A stretch of 64,000 nucleotides of DNA from a virus: the IMG/VR virus record IMGVR_UViG_3300012351_000008, positions 15,962 through 79,961 of that record. The stretch is one strand, 5' to 3'. A program made the position numbers and the translations under genes. How positions within the stretch are numbered: the stretch's first letter is position 1; every line of letters begins with the position of its first letter. Below, in pieces: positions 27,853 to 36,552 of this stretch. Below the pieces are notes generated by a model. That model searched no databases, was not told where the DNA came from, and saw only the letters and a list, made by a program, of their open reading frames with translations.

Positions 27853-28280
27853 TTGATTTGCTCCACTGTGCTTGAAAGCATTCCTGAAAGCCGCAAAATA
27901 GCCAGTGCGAGCCGTTCAATAGCTCCACCGTCCACCTGGCGCATCAGCAAATCACGATGGGATTCAGTGAAGATCTTGCGCTGTGTTGTCGGATTGTAAC
28001 AACCCGCCATGATAATCTGAGCAAACACATTGCGATAATCTGTTTTCTTTGATTTTTCATCATAAGCAAACATCTGGATTTTGATACGTGTCTCTGCATT
28101 CATTGCCCGGCAAAGCACTTTTACGCCCCACTCAGGGACCTCAATCACTTCCTCCGCAGGCTTTTTAGCAAGGATGTGTTTTAAGAACGCCTGATCATCA
28201 TCAAAGGCTTTCCACGTATCATCATGCCCATTGGCCGATACCACTTCTTGTGTCGTGTCAATCTCGGCTGTTTCTGTCAT
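27843..28280 (-). CDS. tail assembly chaperone (gpG-like)
   Basis: EVIEVPEWGVKV; ends IKKN on a slippery A8C run. Confidence 0.8.
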   Translation of the reverse strand: MTETAEIDTTQEVVSANGHDDTWKAFDDDQAFLKHILAKKPAEEVIEVPEWGVKVLCRAMNAETRIKIQMFAYDEKSKKTDYRNVFAQIIMAGCYNPTTQRKIFTESHRDLLMRQVDGGAIERLALAILRLSGMLSSTVEQIKKN

Positions 28281-28301
28281 AAATTGTTGTTTGCTTTCTT
28301 G

Positions 28302-29000
28302 CTATTCCTGTATAACCGTAGTTGTAGAGAATGTGTTCGATGTCACCATGTAGACCGGCCCGGTTGCCGAGAAATTGACTGATTGCTTATCCACATCATT
28401 GGACACGATGGTATCCATGATGCTCGTTGGGAAAGCGTAGAATTGCCAACGCTTGCCGTTCGCCTCATCCCACCAGAGTTGACATGAGATAATTCCACCA
28501 GAGATGTTCGTTGCGCCAACCCCTGTCACCATCTCATTCAAAATCCTGGCGTCATATCTGAAACAATCCACCGAAAACGTCATGTTTTTAATGGTTGCCA
28601 GATTGATGGCCCAATTGCCCGATGCCTGAAACGGCGTCACGTCCTTGGTTTGGCCCTTCATCTGCATCTTCCAGGCATGCGAACCATCCAGGGCGGTCAT
28701 GGTAAAGTAACTACCTGCATTGATGCGTGTGAAGTTATTGGTGCCTGGCACTCTGGCCGTGTTAAACACAATCTCGCCAACAGGCCAATACATGATGTAA
28801 TCAGTGACAGTGGCCCATCCAGAACTCCCGTTCGGCGAATTCTGCACCGTGAAGGTTTGAGTCGGGTCCCACGTCTGGTGGGTCGCTGTAAAATAGTGGA
28901 TGTGATCGCCGGAATCGGTACAAGACTCCGGCGAGCCCAATGCTGTAGGTGGACTGGTCGAAGTCCAAACATCCCCATTTATCCCGGCAATTGCACTCAT
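28302..29000 (-). CDS. tail tube-like protein, paralog 2 (with insertion)
   Basis: Shares TKDVTPFxASGNWxxNLATxK and a C-terminal FxxTG with ORF 29022-29405. Confidence 0.7.
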   Translation of the reverse strand: MSAIAGINGDVWTSTSPPTALGSPESCTDSGDHIHYFTATHQTWDPTQTFTVQNSPNGSSGWATVTDYIMYWPVGEIVFNTARVPGTNNFTRINAGSYFTMTALDGSHAWKMQMKGQTKDVTPFQASGNWAINLATIKNMTFSVDCFRYDARILNEMVTGVGATNISGGIISCQLWWDEANGKRWQFYAFPTSIMDTIVSNDVDKQSVNFSATGPVYMVTSNTFSTTTVIQE

Positions 29001-29021
29001 TATATAATCCTATACACTATT

Positions 29022-29405
29022 TTACGAATACGTGATTGCGCCTGTGCCTGTGAAGCTGAAATCTACCGTTTCTGCGTTCTGGACATCGACGTTTGGGTCA
29101 ATGCCCGTAAGTATTGCCGACCCAGTAAATGCGTGCGGGGTACTTTGAATAGTGAACGTCATCGAAACCGTTGAATTGAGTAGCGCAAACAAATTTGTTT
29201 GCGCCGTATCGCTCGAATCGATAAAGGCGGTGATCTTTCCAGACCAGGATTTGAGTGTGGCGAGGTTCACCGTCCAGTTGCCCGAAGCCCCAAAAGGCGT
29301 GACATCTTTTGTTGCACCTTTTAGTGATAATGTCCACTTAGATGCATCGGTGAATGCAGTTGCGGCTTCTGACACAGAAGCCCCGATACCTGCGAGTGCA
29401 GCCAA
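29022..29405 (-). CDS. major tail tube protein
   Basis: TTG start after AAGGAG; WTLSL...DVTPF...LKSWSG...VDFSFTGTGAI. Confidence 0.78.
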   Translation of the reverse strand: MAALAGIGASVSEAATAFTDASKWTLSLKGATKDVTPFGASGNWTVNLATLKSWSGKITAFIDSSDTAQTNLFALLNSTVSMTFTIQSTPHAFTGSAILTGIDPNVDVQNAETVDFSFTGTGAITYS

Positions 29406-29445
29406 TTTTTTACTCCTTCTTAAAGGTAAAGGAGGATATGGCACA

Positions 29446-29519
29446 TAAAAACAAGCCATACCTCGAAATGTCAATTTTCGATCGGTATGGCCTCTAGGAC
29501 TCCGGGTGTGTATTCAGTT
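29446..29519 (-). terminator. terminator with variant GAGTCC/GAGGCC repeat and AACTGAATA box
   Basis: GCCATACC/GGTATGGC stem plus T-tract, downstream of the zinc-ribbon gene. Confidence 0.6.
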
Positions 29520-29533
29520 ATAAAATCTATATA

Positions 29534-29746
29534 TTATCTCCGGTCAGCGATATCTGACCACAAAATGTGATGTTCCATATGACAGCCGCGACACCAGCAC
29601 CATTGTCCACCTGATACACTCGCTAACTGTGTAAGACTTGCCGTGTCAATACGTGTGAGCAGCTTCTTTGTCTGCTTGCAAAAGATCGGTGTGCGTTCTA
29701 GTTGAGTGCTGGCTCCATTATACTGTATACTTGTGTTTGTTGCCAT
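29534..29746 (-). CDS. Com-like zinc-ribbon protein (putative RNA-binding regulator)
   Basis: IFCKQTKKLL...WCRGCHMEH resembles the Com pattern CxxCxKLL...CxxC, with the second Cys replaced. Confidence 0.5.
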   Translation of the reverse strand: MATNTSIQYNGASTQLERTPIFCKQTKKLLTRIDTASLTQLASVSGGQWCWCRGCHMEHHILWSDIADRR

Positions 29747-30160
29747 CTAATCTCCCAGATCGTCTACGGCTTTTTCGAGATATTTCCCAACATTTCCCTT
29801 AAGGAATTCCACAAGTTTCTCGCTCATAAATTTACCTGGAACATGGGATATTCTTTTTGCAGGAATAATGCGCCCATGTCGTCTAAAGTATGATCTTGTG
29901 CGATGCCCACGATCCACAAACGGAAAGTAAAAAACGGCATTCCTAAACGTAATACTCAGCCCTCCCACATCTCCTGCATTCCCCCCTTTCAACCTACCCG
30001 ACCTCACAGGCGTTACGGCATCCAAGGCATCTTTTCCAGCCCTGCCTAACGCTTGTGTTTGGTTCTCAAGATTATTGGTTAATTTCTCACCCATCGTTGA
30101 GAAACGCGAGATGGCTCCATCTAGCCCTTCCCACTCAATAGTGACTGTGTAGCCCATCAT
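29747..30160 (-). CDS. HK97 gp10-like tail completion protein
   Basis: IEWEGLD...TPVRSGRLK...YFPFVDRGHR. Confidence 0.75.
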   Translation of the reverse strand: MMGYTVTIEWEGLDGAISRFSTMGEKLTNNLENQTQALGRAGKDALDAVTPVRSGRLKGGNAGDVGGLSITFRNAVFYFPFVDRGHRTRSYFRRHGRIIPAKRISHVPGKFMSEKLVEFLKGNVGKYLEKAVDDLGD

Positions 30161-30486
30161 GACACCTCCGAGACGATAGCAGAGAATGACAATTCAATAT
30201 TATCGCGTAGTGTGACTTTTTCGGTTGGGCAGGGACCATCAGGTTCTACCAGATCAAAGCGATAGAGCGTAATTTTCACCTGAATGATATCTTGGGGTTC
30301 AACGATCAATTCAAGCTTGCACGCATTGTCTACCGTCTCATCGTCAGCAATAATTATCAGAGCGTGCGCAACAGGTAATCCATTCTTTTTAGGCGCTGGA
30401 CACTCAATTCTCACACGTCGCCCAACCAATTCCTCAGCAGTAAAATTGCGTCCTTTGGCACCGCCAGCCTGAATTGTAACCATCAA
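30157..30486 (-). CDS. hypothetical protein
   Basis: Overlapping start/stop packing. Confidence 0.55.
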   Translation of the reverse strand: MMVTIQAGGAKGRNFTAEELVGRRVRIECPAPKKNGLPVAHALIIIADDETVDNACKLELIVEPQDIIQVKITLYRFDLVEPDGPCPTEKVTLRDNIELSFSAIVSEVS

Positions 30487-30692
30487 CCTTGCCCTCCTGC
30501 AACTTGCACCGTCTCATCAATTAGCGACTTCAGTTGCTCATCAGGCAGAGAGAGCGCGTAGAGCACCCCGCAAATGAGAAGACCTTTTATACGCAGCATC
30601 ACTATCTCATCTTCACCAGGCTCTATCTGAAAATCTGGATAGCCCGAACCTGTAAGCTTCTCATGTAGTTCTTGTTCTTGCTCCGGTGCCAT
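30483..30692 (-). CDS. hypothetical protein
   Basis: AAGGAGG RBS before ATG 30692. Confidence 0.55.
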   Translation of the reverse strand: MAPEQEQELHEKLTGSGYPDFQIEPGEDEIVMLRIKGLLICGVLYALSLPDEQLKSLIDETVQVAGGQG

Positions 30693-30702
30693 GCGTGCCT
30701 CC

Positions 30703-31146
30703 TTAGTTGGCATTGTTCCATATGTGCCAACTCCCTTCGATGTGTCGGGTAATATCATCAGGCTCAGGTATTTTTTTTGCCGACAGGAACATTACCCCGT
30801 TTGTCGCATTGGTAAAGTTGCCACCAAGTAGGTTCAGTGTCTTCGCTTCAATCACGCTGTTAATCACGTCAAGGATTGTCATGGTTTCCTGATACGATTG
30901 TTGGCTATAGATATGGATAATAAAATCAATCTGCTTACTTGGCTTCTGGAATTGATACCAGTTTGTTTCGACATGATCGCCAAACGCCACATAGGGAAAC
31001 GCTTGATTGATTTGTGACGCTGGATTGAGCAGGGCTGTATCCAAAGGTCCACCACAGATGGTAGGAAAGGTAGCGTCAGACGTGAGAGCGGTTTGAATTG
31101 CATTTTGTGTAACCAGGAGTGATGAATGACCTGTGATGGTCGTCAT
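30703..31146 (-). CDS. tail terminator protein (DUF3168/gp17-like)
   Basis: QNAIQTAL...FPYVAFGD...IHIYS...EPDDITRH. Confidence 0.75.
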   Translation of the reverse strand: MTTITGHSSLLVTQNAIQTALTSDATFPTICGGPLDTALLNPASQINQAFPYVAFGDHVETNWYQFQKPSKQIDFIIHIYSQQSYQETMTILDVINSVIEAKTLNLLGGNFTNATNGVMFLSAKKIPEPDDITRHIEGSWHIWNNAN

Positions 31147-31469
31147 GTTCCCCTCCTTGTGCGAACAGCTGCAAACTTCCAATCACCAGTCGTGATATCA
31201 CAAGATGGATCACTGATGATCTGCCATCTTCGGTACAGGCCAGTCGTAGCGTCAGTACTGACCTGATCAATAATGTAATCCTCAAACAAGATGAGTTGTG
31301 GATTGTTGAGTGGCAGCATGGTTGTATAGCAGTTTACATACAAAAGTTGATCAATCCCTTGCTGTGCAGCCACAAGTGGAGTGACTTTAGACATCTGTAC
31401 GATAATGTTGCTTGCTATTGGATCTGTAACATTCGTACGTAAAATATTACAAATGACATCCTCGGCCAA
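31143..31469 (-). CDS. putative head closure protein
   Basis: Size and position upstream of the tail terminator. Confidence 0.5.
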   Translation of the reverse strand: MAEDVICNILRTNVTDPIASNIIVQMSKVTPLVAAQQGIDQLLYVNCYTTMLPLNNPQLILFEDYIIDQVSTDATTGLYRRWQIISDPSCDITTGDWKFAAVRTRRGT

Positions 31470-31491
31470 ACCATTTCTCCGCTTTCGCCAT

Positions 31492-31564
31492 AAAAAAACG
31501 CCACAACCGTTGCAGGTGTGGCGTGATAGCTCGTAGACTTCCCTCTATTGCTCATAGTATAGCA
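31492..31564 (-). promoter_or_regulatory. late leader: extended -10 plus tandem motif overlapping a terminator
   Basis: TGCTATACT (31556-31564); ACGAGCTATCACGCCACA (31517-31534); ACGCCACA/TGTGGCGT stem plus T-tract. Confidence 0.75.
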
Positions 31565-31580
31565 TGAATCGGCTCTGTTA

Positions 31581-31907
31581 TCACCTCGCAATAATATTGA
31601 ATGAGATGCCATCGGATGGATAAGGACCGGTAACAAAAGTTGCCACGACGTACAAGAGGTACGCCCCAGCCGTTGCCACATCCTGCGAAACGAACTGGTA
31701 CTGCACGACTCCCTGTAGGGCATTCATGATGGTAAATGTGCCTCCACCGGTAATGTCTGAGCCCCCGGTAGCCGGATGGAGCAACAATGCAAGATTTGCA
31801 CCAACCAATCCGGTCATATCCACCGGTTGCTTATTGTCTTTCGTACAAATGATGGTCAATTGCGGTGTTGTCTGCCCTACTCCCCACTGAACTGGTGCTT
31901 GTCTCAT
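31581..31907 (-). CDS. BppU N-terminal-like beta-sandwich virion protein
   Basis: GQTTPQL...PVDMTG...GVVQYQF...DVATAGAY. Confidence 0.6.
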   Translation of the reverse strand: MRQAPVQWGVGQTTPQLTIICTKDNKQPVDMTGLVGANLALLLHPATGGSDITGGGTFTIMNALQGVVQYQFVSQDVATAGAYLLYVVATFVTGPYPSDGISFNIIAR

Positions 31908-31925
31908 TTTTTACTCTTTCTTTTC

Positions 31926-34628
31926 CTATCTAAACTTAGCAGTCAATACACCGTCACGATAGGTCGTTGCCGCAATGACGTTGTTACGGAAGGTTGCGAA
32001 GATGACACCGTCACGGAAAGTTGCCGTGACAACTCCACTGTGGAACAACGCAGATATAACGCCATCACGAAAGGTTGCTTGAAGGATAACTTGTGCAATG
32101 AATTGTGGTGGCAGTTCCGCAGTCTGGAATGTCTCAATAATTGTGAGCAAATCAGTCCACCTGATTTGCTCTGCCGCCAGTAATTGATCAAGCGCGGTCT
32201 GCAGTTCTAGCGAAATGAAGGTGCTGATAATCCGCATACCATCCGAGACGATGAGCACATCACTGGTAGATATGCCGCTAGATGACACTGAGAGGTCGCT
32301 GAGTATGGTTGTGTCGATAGGGAGGTATCTATCAGTAAGCAGGTCTGTATCACTCGCTACGAGCGGCTCAGTCGTACTCATTAACAGTGCATAGGATGCG
32401 GTATCAATGGCGATCAATCCATCAACCGGCCACCTTTGCATATTGCTAAAATCGCTGGAGGTCAAGGTATCAGTTGGGAGCGTTTTGTCAATTGCCAGGA
32501 TGGAATCAACTGTCGCAAGGCTCTCGGTTTGTATTGTGCCTGACACCATTACGTATGTATCCGTTACAGTTAGATTATCCACAAACGTCATCTGATTGTT
32601 GGTGACGCTCGTTATAACTTGTGTCCAGACGGCACTATCACTTACACTGAGCGCATCAGTTGTATTGTATCCATCTATCTCCAGAGGCGTAGAGGTTGCT
32701 GTAAACCCATCAAAAAGGATACTTCCATCCGTGGAAAGTGAGGTATCGGCAATGGTCAGTGCATCAACCGGCCTGGCCGTGTCCATCGCAATAACACTAT
32801 CCACAATGCTGCTTGGCTCTGTGAATAACCCACTTTCAACACCCAAAACAACGTCTGCAACACTGTTGGCATCAGTGAATAACCCAACAGTTGTTGAGAG
32901 GATGTTCTCAGTGACAGAGAGCACATCGAGAGGAGTGGTACGCTCTATGTAGAGCGTGGTGTCACTCACTGTAAGAAGATCAATTCCCCATGCTTGCAGG
33001 TTCCCAAGATCAGTAATGGTCAGTGTATCAGCAACACCTGCGCCATCTGTTATGAGCACAGTATCAGTAACAGCAAGTCCATCAGTCGGAATGGCTACCT
33101 GAATAACGCTAAGGGCGTCGGTAACAACAAGGTCATCTTCAAACGTCATCAGATTCGTGTTGACGCCTAGACTGACCTGTGTCCAGACCGCGCTATCACT
33201 GATGAGATTCACTTCATTTTGTACGATTGGGAAATCAATCGTACCAGCAAAAGCACGCATCACCCAGTTTTGTGTCGGTGGGAGATTGCTCAGGATAAGC
33301 GTGTAGAATGGGCTATCGGCATTTGTGAGCGCTTCAGCCCGTATCGTTGTATCGGTTATCAGCGCCGCATCTACAACACTGTTACTATCAATCAGCACCG
33401 TGCTATCAGTAAACAGTGCCGTCTCTGTACCAGTAAGCGCATCAAGCGAGAGGGCCATTGAGATGGCAAACAATGTATCAACACCTGAGAGTGCGTCTAT
33501 GGATAGGGCAACCGTTGTGTTGAATACTGTGTCTGTAAGAGTGAGTGTGTCAATAAATAGGGCTACATTTATTGTGAGGGGCGTGCTATCAGAGGCTACA
33601 AGCGCGTCCACCAGCGATGCACTATCACTAGCCAGTGTGGTATCTATAGCGGTTAACGCATCAACAGGAATGACATTATCAGCAACAAGTACCGTATCGG
33701 CAATGGTCAGTGCATCAACCGGCCATGCTTGTATCTCTCCTCTATCAGTAATTGTATTGGCATCAATTGACAGTGCCGTATCAGTTTGCAGAAGTGTATC
33801 GCCAACAGCAAGAGTCTCTATACTCAGGTAAGTCGTTGTCTGGACCAGCGTATCAGTAGCACTTAAACCATTATCCTGCGGCCAGTTCAGTACGTTCTCA
33901 AAATCCTGTACATATATTCCTGCAGCGTAGTGTGTAGCAACCTGAGTACTGTTGAGTGCTTTGCGATACACAACAGCTTCATTGATGTTCCCTGTAAAAG
34001 TGTCATTGACTGTGAATGGATAGGTTGCTGGTGTTGGGTTGCTGGTGATCGCTTGCGATGTTGAAAGCACACCATCAACATAAAATAAAATTGAAGCACC
34101 GTCAAAGACACCAACAAGGTGATGCCATTTATTAACGGCAAGTGAGTTATCATACCCAAAGGCATAGGTGGAAGAGTTACTTAATTGTGCAATTAAGAAG
34201 AGTGCCGAATTCGTTGGGGCAGTCGTCAAATACATCCAGCACTCGACACTCCAGACGGGCCAGCCAGTAGGATCGAGAGTAATCGGAGAAGTTACTTCTC
34301 CCCCAGAGGAAAACCCTATAGAAGTTTCGCTGCTACTAGCAATGGCTCCAGGTTGATTATAGGAAATCCCTGAAGAGCTATAAGAAGCATTTTGGCTATT
34401 GAGGCTAGAATCAATAGCAACTAAACCAGAAGATTCATTCAGACGGTAATAGGCAGCAGGCACGTCTGAGAGAATCGTTGCCGCATAATTTGCCAGTGCA
34501 TCCTGAAAAATCATCCGGTTGTTTACAGGATAATCGAGTGTAGCCGCAAAAGAGCGAATATCCCAATGCCCTGCTAAAAGGTCTGTATCAATTGTACCAG
34601 CGAAGGCGCGTTCAATCCATGTTGGCAT
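31926..34628 (-). CDS. fibre-like virion protein with LamG/concanavalin-like domain and long Asp/Thr repeat stalk
   Basis: AYYRLNE...WSVECW...WHHLVGVFDG...YVDG...EAVVYRKAL; many DALTxxD repeats. Confidence 0.72.
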   Translation of the reverse strand: MPTWIERAFAGTIDTDLLAGHWDIRSFAATLDYPVNNRMIFQDALANYAATILSDVPAAYYRLNESSGLVAIDSSLNSQNASYSSSGISYNQPGAIASSSETSIGFSSGGEVTSPITLDPTGWPVWSVECWMYLTTAPTNSALFLIAQLSNSSTYAFGYDNSLAVNKWHHLVGVFDGASILFYVDGVLSTSQAITSNPTPATYPFTVNDTFTGNINEAVVYRKALNSTQVATHYAAGIYVQDFENVLNWPQDNGLSATDTLVQTTTYLSIETLAVGDTLLQTDTALSIDANTITDRGEIQAWPVDALTIADTVLVADNVIPVDALTAIDTTLASDSASLVDALVASDSTPLTINVALFIDTLTLTDTVFNTTVALSIDALSGVDTLFAISMALSLDALTGTETALFTDSTVLIDSNSVVDAALITDTTIRAEALTNADSPFYTLILSNLPPTQNWVMRAFAGTIDFPIVQNEVNLISDSAVWTQVSLGVNTNLMTFEDDLVVTDALSVIQVAIPTDGLAVTDTVLITDGAGVADTLTITDLGNLQAWGIDLLTVSDTTLYIERTTPLDVLSVTENILSTTVGLFTDANSVADVVLGVESGLFTEPSSIVDSVIAMDTARPVDALTIADTSLSTDGSILFDGFTATSTPLEIDGYNTTDALSVSDSAVWTQVITSVTNNQMTFVDNLTVTDTYVMVSGTIQTESLATVDSILAIDKTLPTDTLTSSDFSNMQRWPVDGLIAIDTASYALLMSTTEPLVASDTDLLTDRYLPIDTTILSDLSVSSSGISTSDVLIVSDGMRIISTFISLELQTALDQLLAAEQIRWTDLLTIIETFQTAELPPQFIAQVILQATFRDGVISALFHSGVVTATFRDGVIFATFRNNVIAATTYRDGVLTAKFR

Positions 34629-34677
34629 ACTACGCTCCTTCTACCCGATACACTCTAGTCAAAAACTATTACCTCTT

Positions 34678-35175
34678 CTAAGTCCCGATTAAAGATGCGG
34701 AAAAAGTAAACGAGGGACTTGTTCCTGTTATCACCCAGCGCAGCCTGATAACAGTTCCTATACTTTGTGCTATAGCACATCCTGGACCTATAGAAGTGCT
34801 GACCATTGCTACTGCGGTTTGTGGTGGACTCTGCCAAAGTGGATAGTAAATACCATCCACTCCTTTCCTGTCCACATAAAATACTGCCGTTGGTGTTACT
34901 GTTCCAGAAATGACTGTAATATTGATGTCAACAGAAACTTCTCCATAGGCAGTAACAGCTAAATCAGCACTATTCCCATTTGTTGTTTGAGCAGCACTGA
35001 CCTGGTTCAATAAACTTGCCGACGCCTCCTGGAAAACTGCCGCTGCTGATTGATTACTTGAGCCATCAGTGTTGGTAATTACTGAGCCTTGCAGGGCTAC
35101 AAAACCAACACCCGGAACATATGTTTGTGCGATAGGGACATTGCCAGAGTCCCTAATTGATGATCCAAATGCCAC
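34678..35175 (-). CDS. virion structural protein
   Basis: GAGGAGG RBS; beta-rich composition. Confidence 0.6.
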   Translation of the reverse strand: MAFGSSIRDSGNVPIAQTYVPGVGFVALQGSVITNTDGSSNQSAAAVFQEASASLLNQVSAAQTTNGNSADLAVTAYGEVSVDINITVISGTVTPTAVFYVDRKGVDGIYYPLWQSPPQTAVAMVSTSIGPGCAIAQSIGTVIRLRWVITGTSPSFTFSASLIGT

Positions 35176-35210
35176 TTATACGCCTCCTCACTAGTTAGTG
35201 TTAACACTAA

Positions 35211-36539
35211 CTATTCTTCTGTGAATTCCATATACACATCGATAGAGCCTCCGGTTACCAATGCGCTTGCAACAACAGCAAAGTACTGCGTTGTGCCTCT
35301 TAGGATAGGAGCCTGCGCCGGGCGAATACCAAAATCCCAGGTAACAGGATTTCCCGCAACTGTCGTTAAATTGCAGCAGAGCTTTCCTGTTCGCACCGTA
35401 CCTACGACTGTTCCTGTGGTTGGAGCAACGGTATAGATGGAAGCCACAGCCGTACCAGCCGCATTTGTACTGTCGTGTGGTGTGATAACAGGCGCAGTCC
35501 CCGTTGTTCCTGCTGACGGTGCGGAGGACCATTTCACCAGAGAAATATCTATCGTCACTGCCGTTGTGCCAATACCACTCACATCGCACTTTGTTAGGCG
35601 GATAGTTTTCGTAGAGCTTCCTTGCAAAACAAACAAGGCACCAGCCGTAGTGGCCTGCACAATAGGTACTGAAGAAGCACTATACGTTGGTTTCGCACCA
35701 TCGTTAGAAGGAGTAACCTGAGCACTTCCCCCAATCGTGACTGTTTGCTGTCTCCATGGGTATGTGGCATCTGAAACCTGAAAACTGTTTTTAGCGGTGT
35801 CTGCTAAAGTGACGGTATTCACCTGAAGGACACCGCTACTACCAGGACCAGTGGAACCAGCAATAGCGGTGAATTTTATTGGGAGTATGTTGACATCCGG
35901 GCCTGGAGCACCTGTAGTTGTTTGAGCGACCACATTATCGTTTCCGTCAATAGCCCAAATAATGTTATCACCCTTATAGTACATATAGTACTTATGCGTG
36001 TTGGAGTCTGTAGGCTGTTTATTATTGCCACTAGATGAAAGGTCTTGAACAACCACGCGAGTACCTGATTGATACGTAATCGCAAACAGCTTGCCAGCCG
36101 TGGTCACTTCGAAGCCTGCCGCATTGGTTAATGGGGCTGCTGCTGTTGGTGATCCAGGGGATGTTCCAAGGCCCCAAAAGAAATATTGATTGGCGACGAC
36201 CGGATACGTAATATTAATACCTGTGTAGAACATTAACCAACCAGGGTTGACCGGGGCAAACGTTGCAACACTTTCCAGGTAAGAATAACCATTAGCTGTT
36301 GTACCAGTGCCAAGCGTCGTATTCGTTAATGCATTAGAGGCTGCGACTCCACCGCCTGAAGCTGTTGGTGATTTCCAGCGGTTTGTTACATCTAAGGTAG
36401 AGGTATCGAACCCATCCTGGAATAACTGCGTTGGTTCCAGAGCAGCCCGGATATATCCCGGCGCAAAAATAGAAACCGGGTACGTATTTGTTGAATCGAT
36501 AATATTGACCGATGGTGGTGTCTGTGATGGAACTGGCAT
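35211..36539 (-). CDS. virion structural protein, paralog of 42571-43905
   Basis: Shares a roughly 235-aa block (ALEPTQLFQDGFDT...TYPWRQ). Confidence 0.7.
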   Translation of the reverse strand: MPVPSQTPPSVNIIDSTNTYPVSIFAPGYIRAALEPTQLFQDGFDTSTLDVTNRWKSPTASGGGVAASNALTNTTLGTGTTANGYSYLESVATFAPVNPGWLMFYTGINITYPVVANQYFFWGLGTSPGSPTAAAPLTNAAGFEVTTAGKLFAITYQSGTRVVVQDLSSSGNNKQPTDSNTHKYYMYYKGDNIIWAIDGNDNVVAQTTTGAPGPDVNILPIKFTAIAGSTGPGSSGVLQVNTVTLADTAKNSFQVSDATYPWRQQTVTIGGSAQVTPSNDGAKPTYSASSVPIVQATTAGALFVLQGSSTKTIRLTKCDVSGIGTTAVTIDISLVKWSSAPSAGTTGTAPVITPHDSTNAAGTAVASIYTVAPTTGTVVGTVRTGKLCCNLTTVAGNPVTWDFGIRPAQAPILRGTTQYFAVVASALVTGGSIDVYMEFTEE

Positions 36540-36552
36540 ATTTCCTCCCTAT

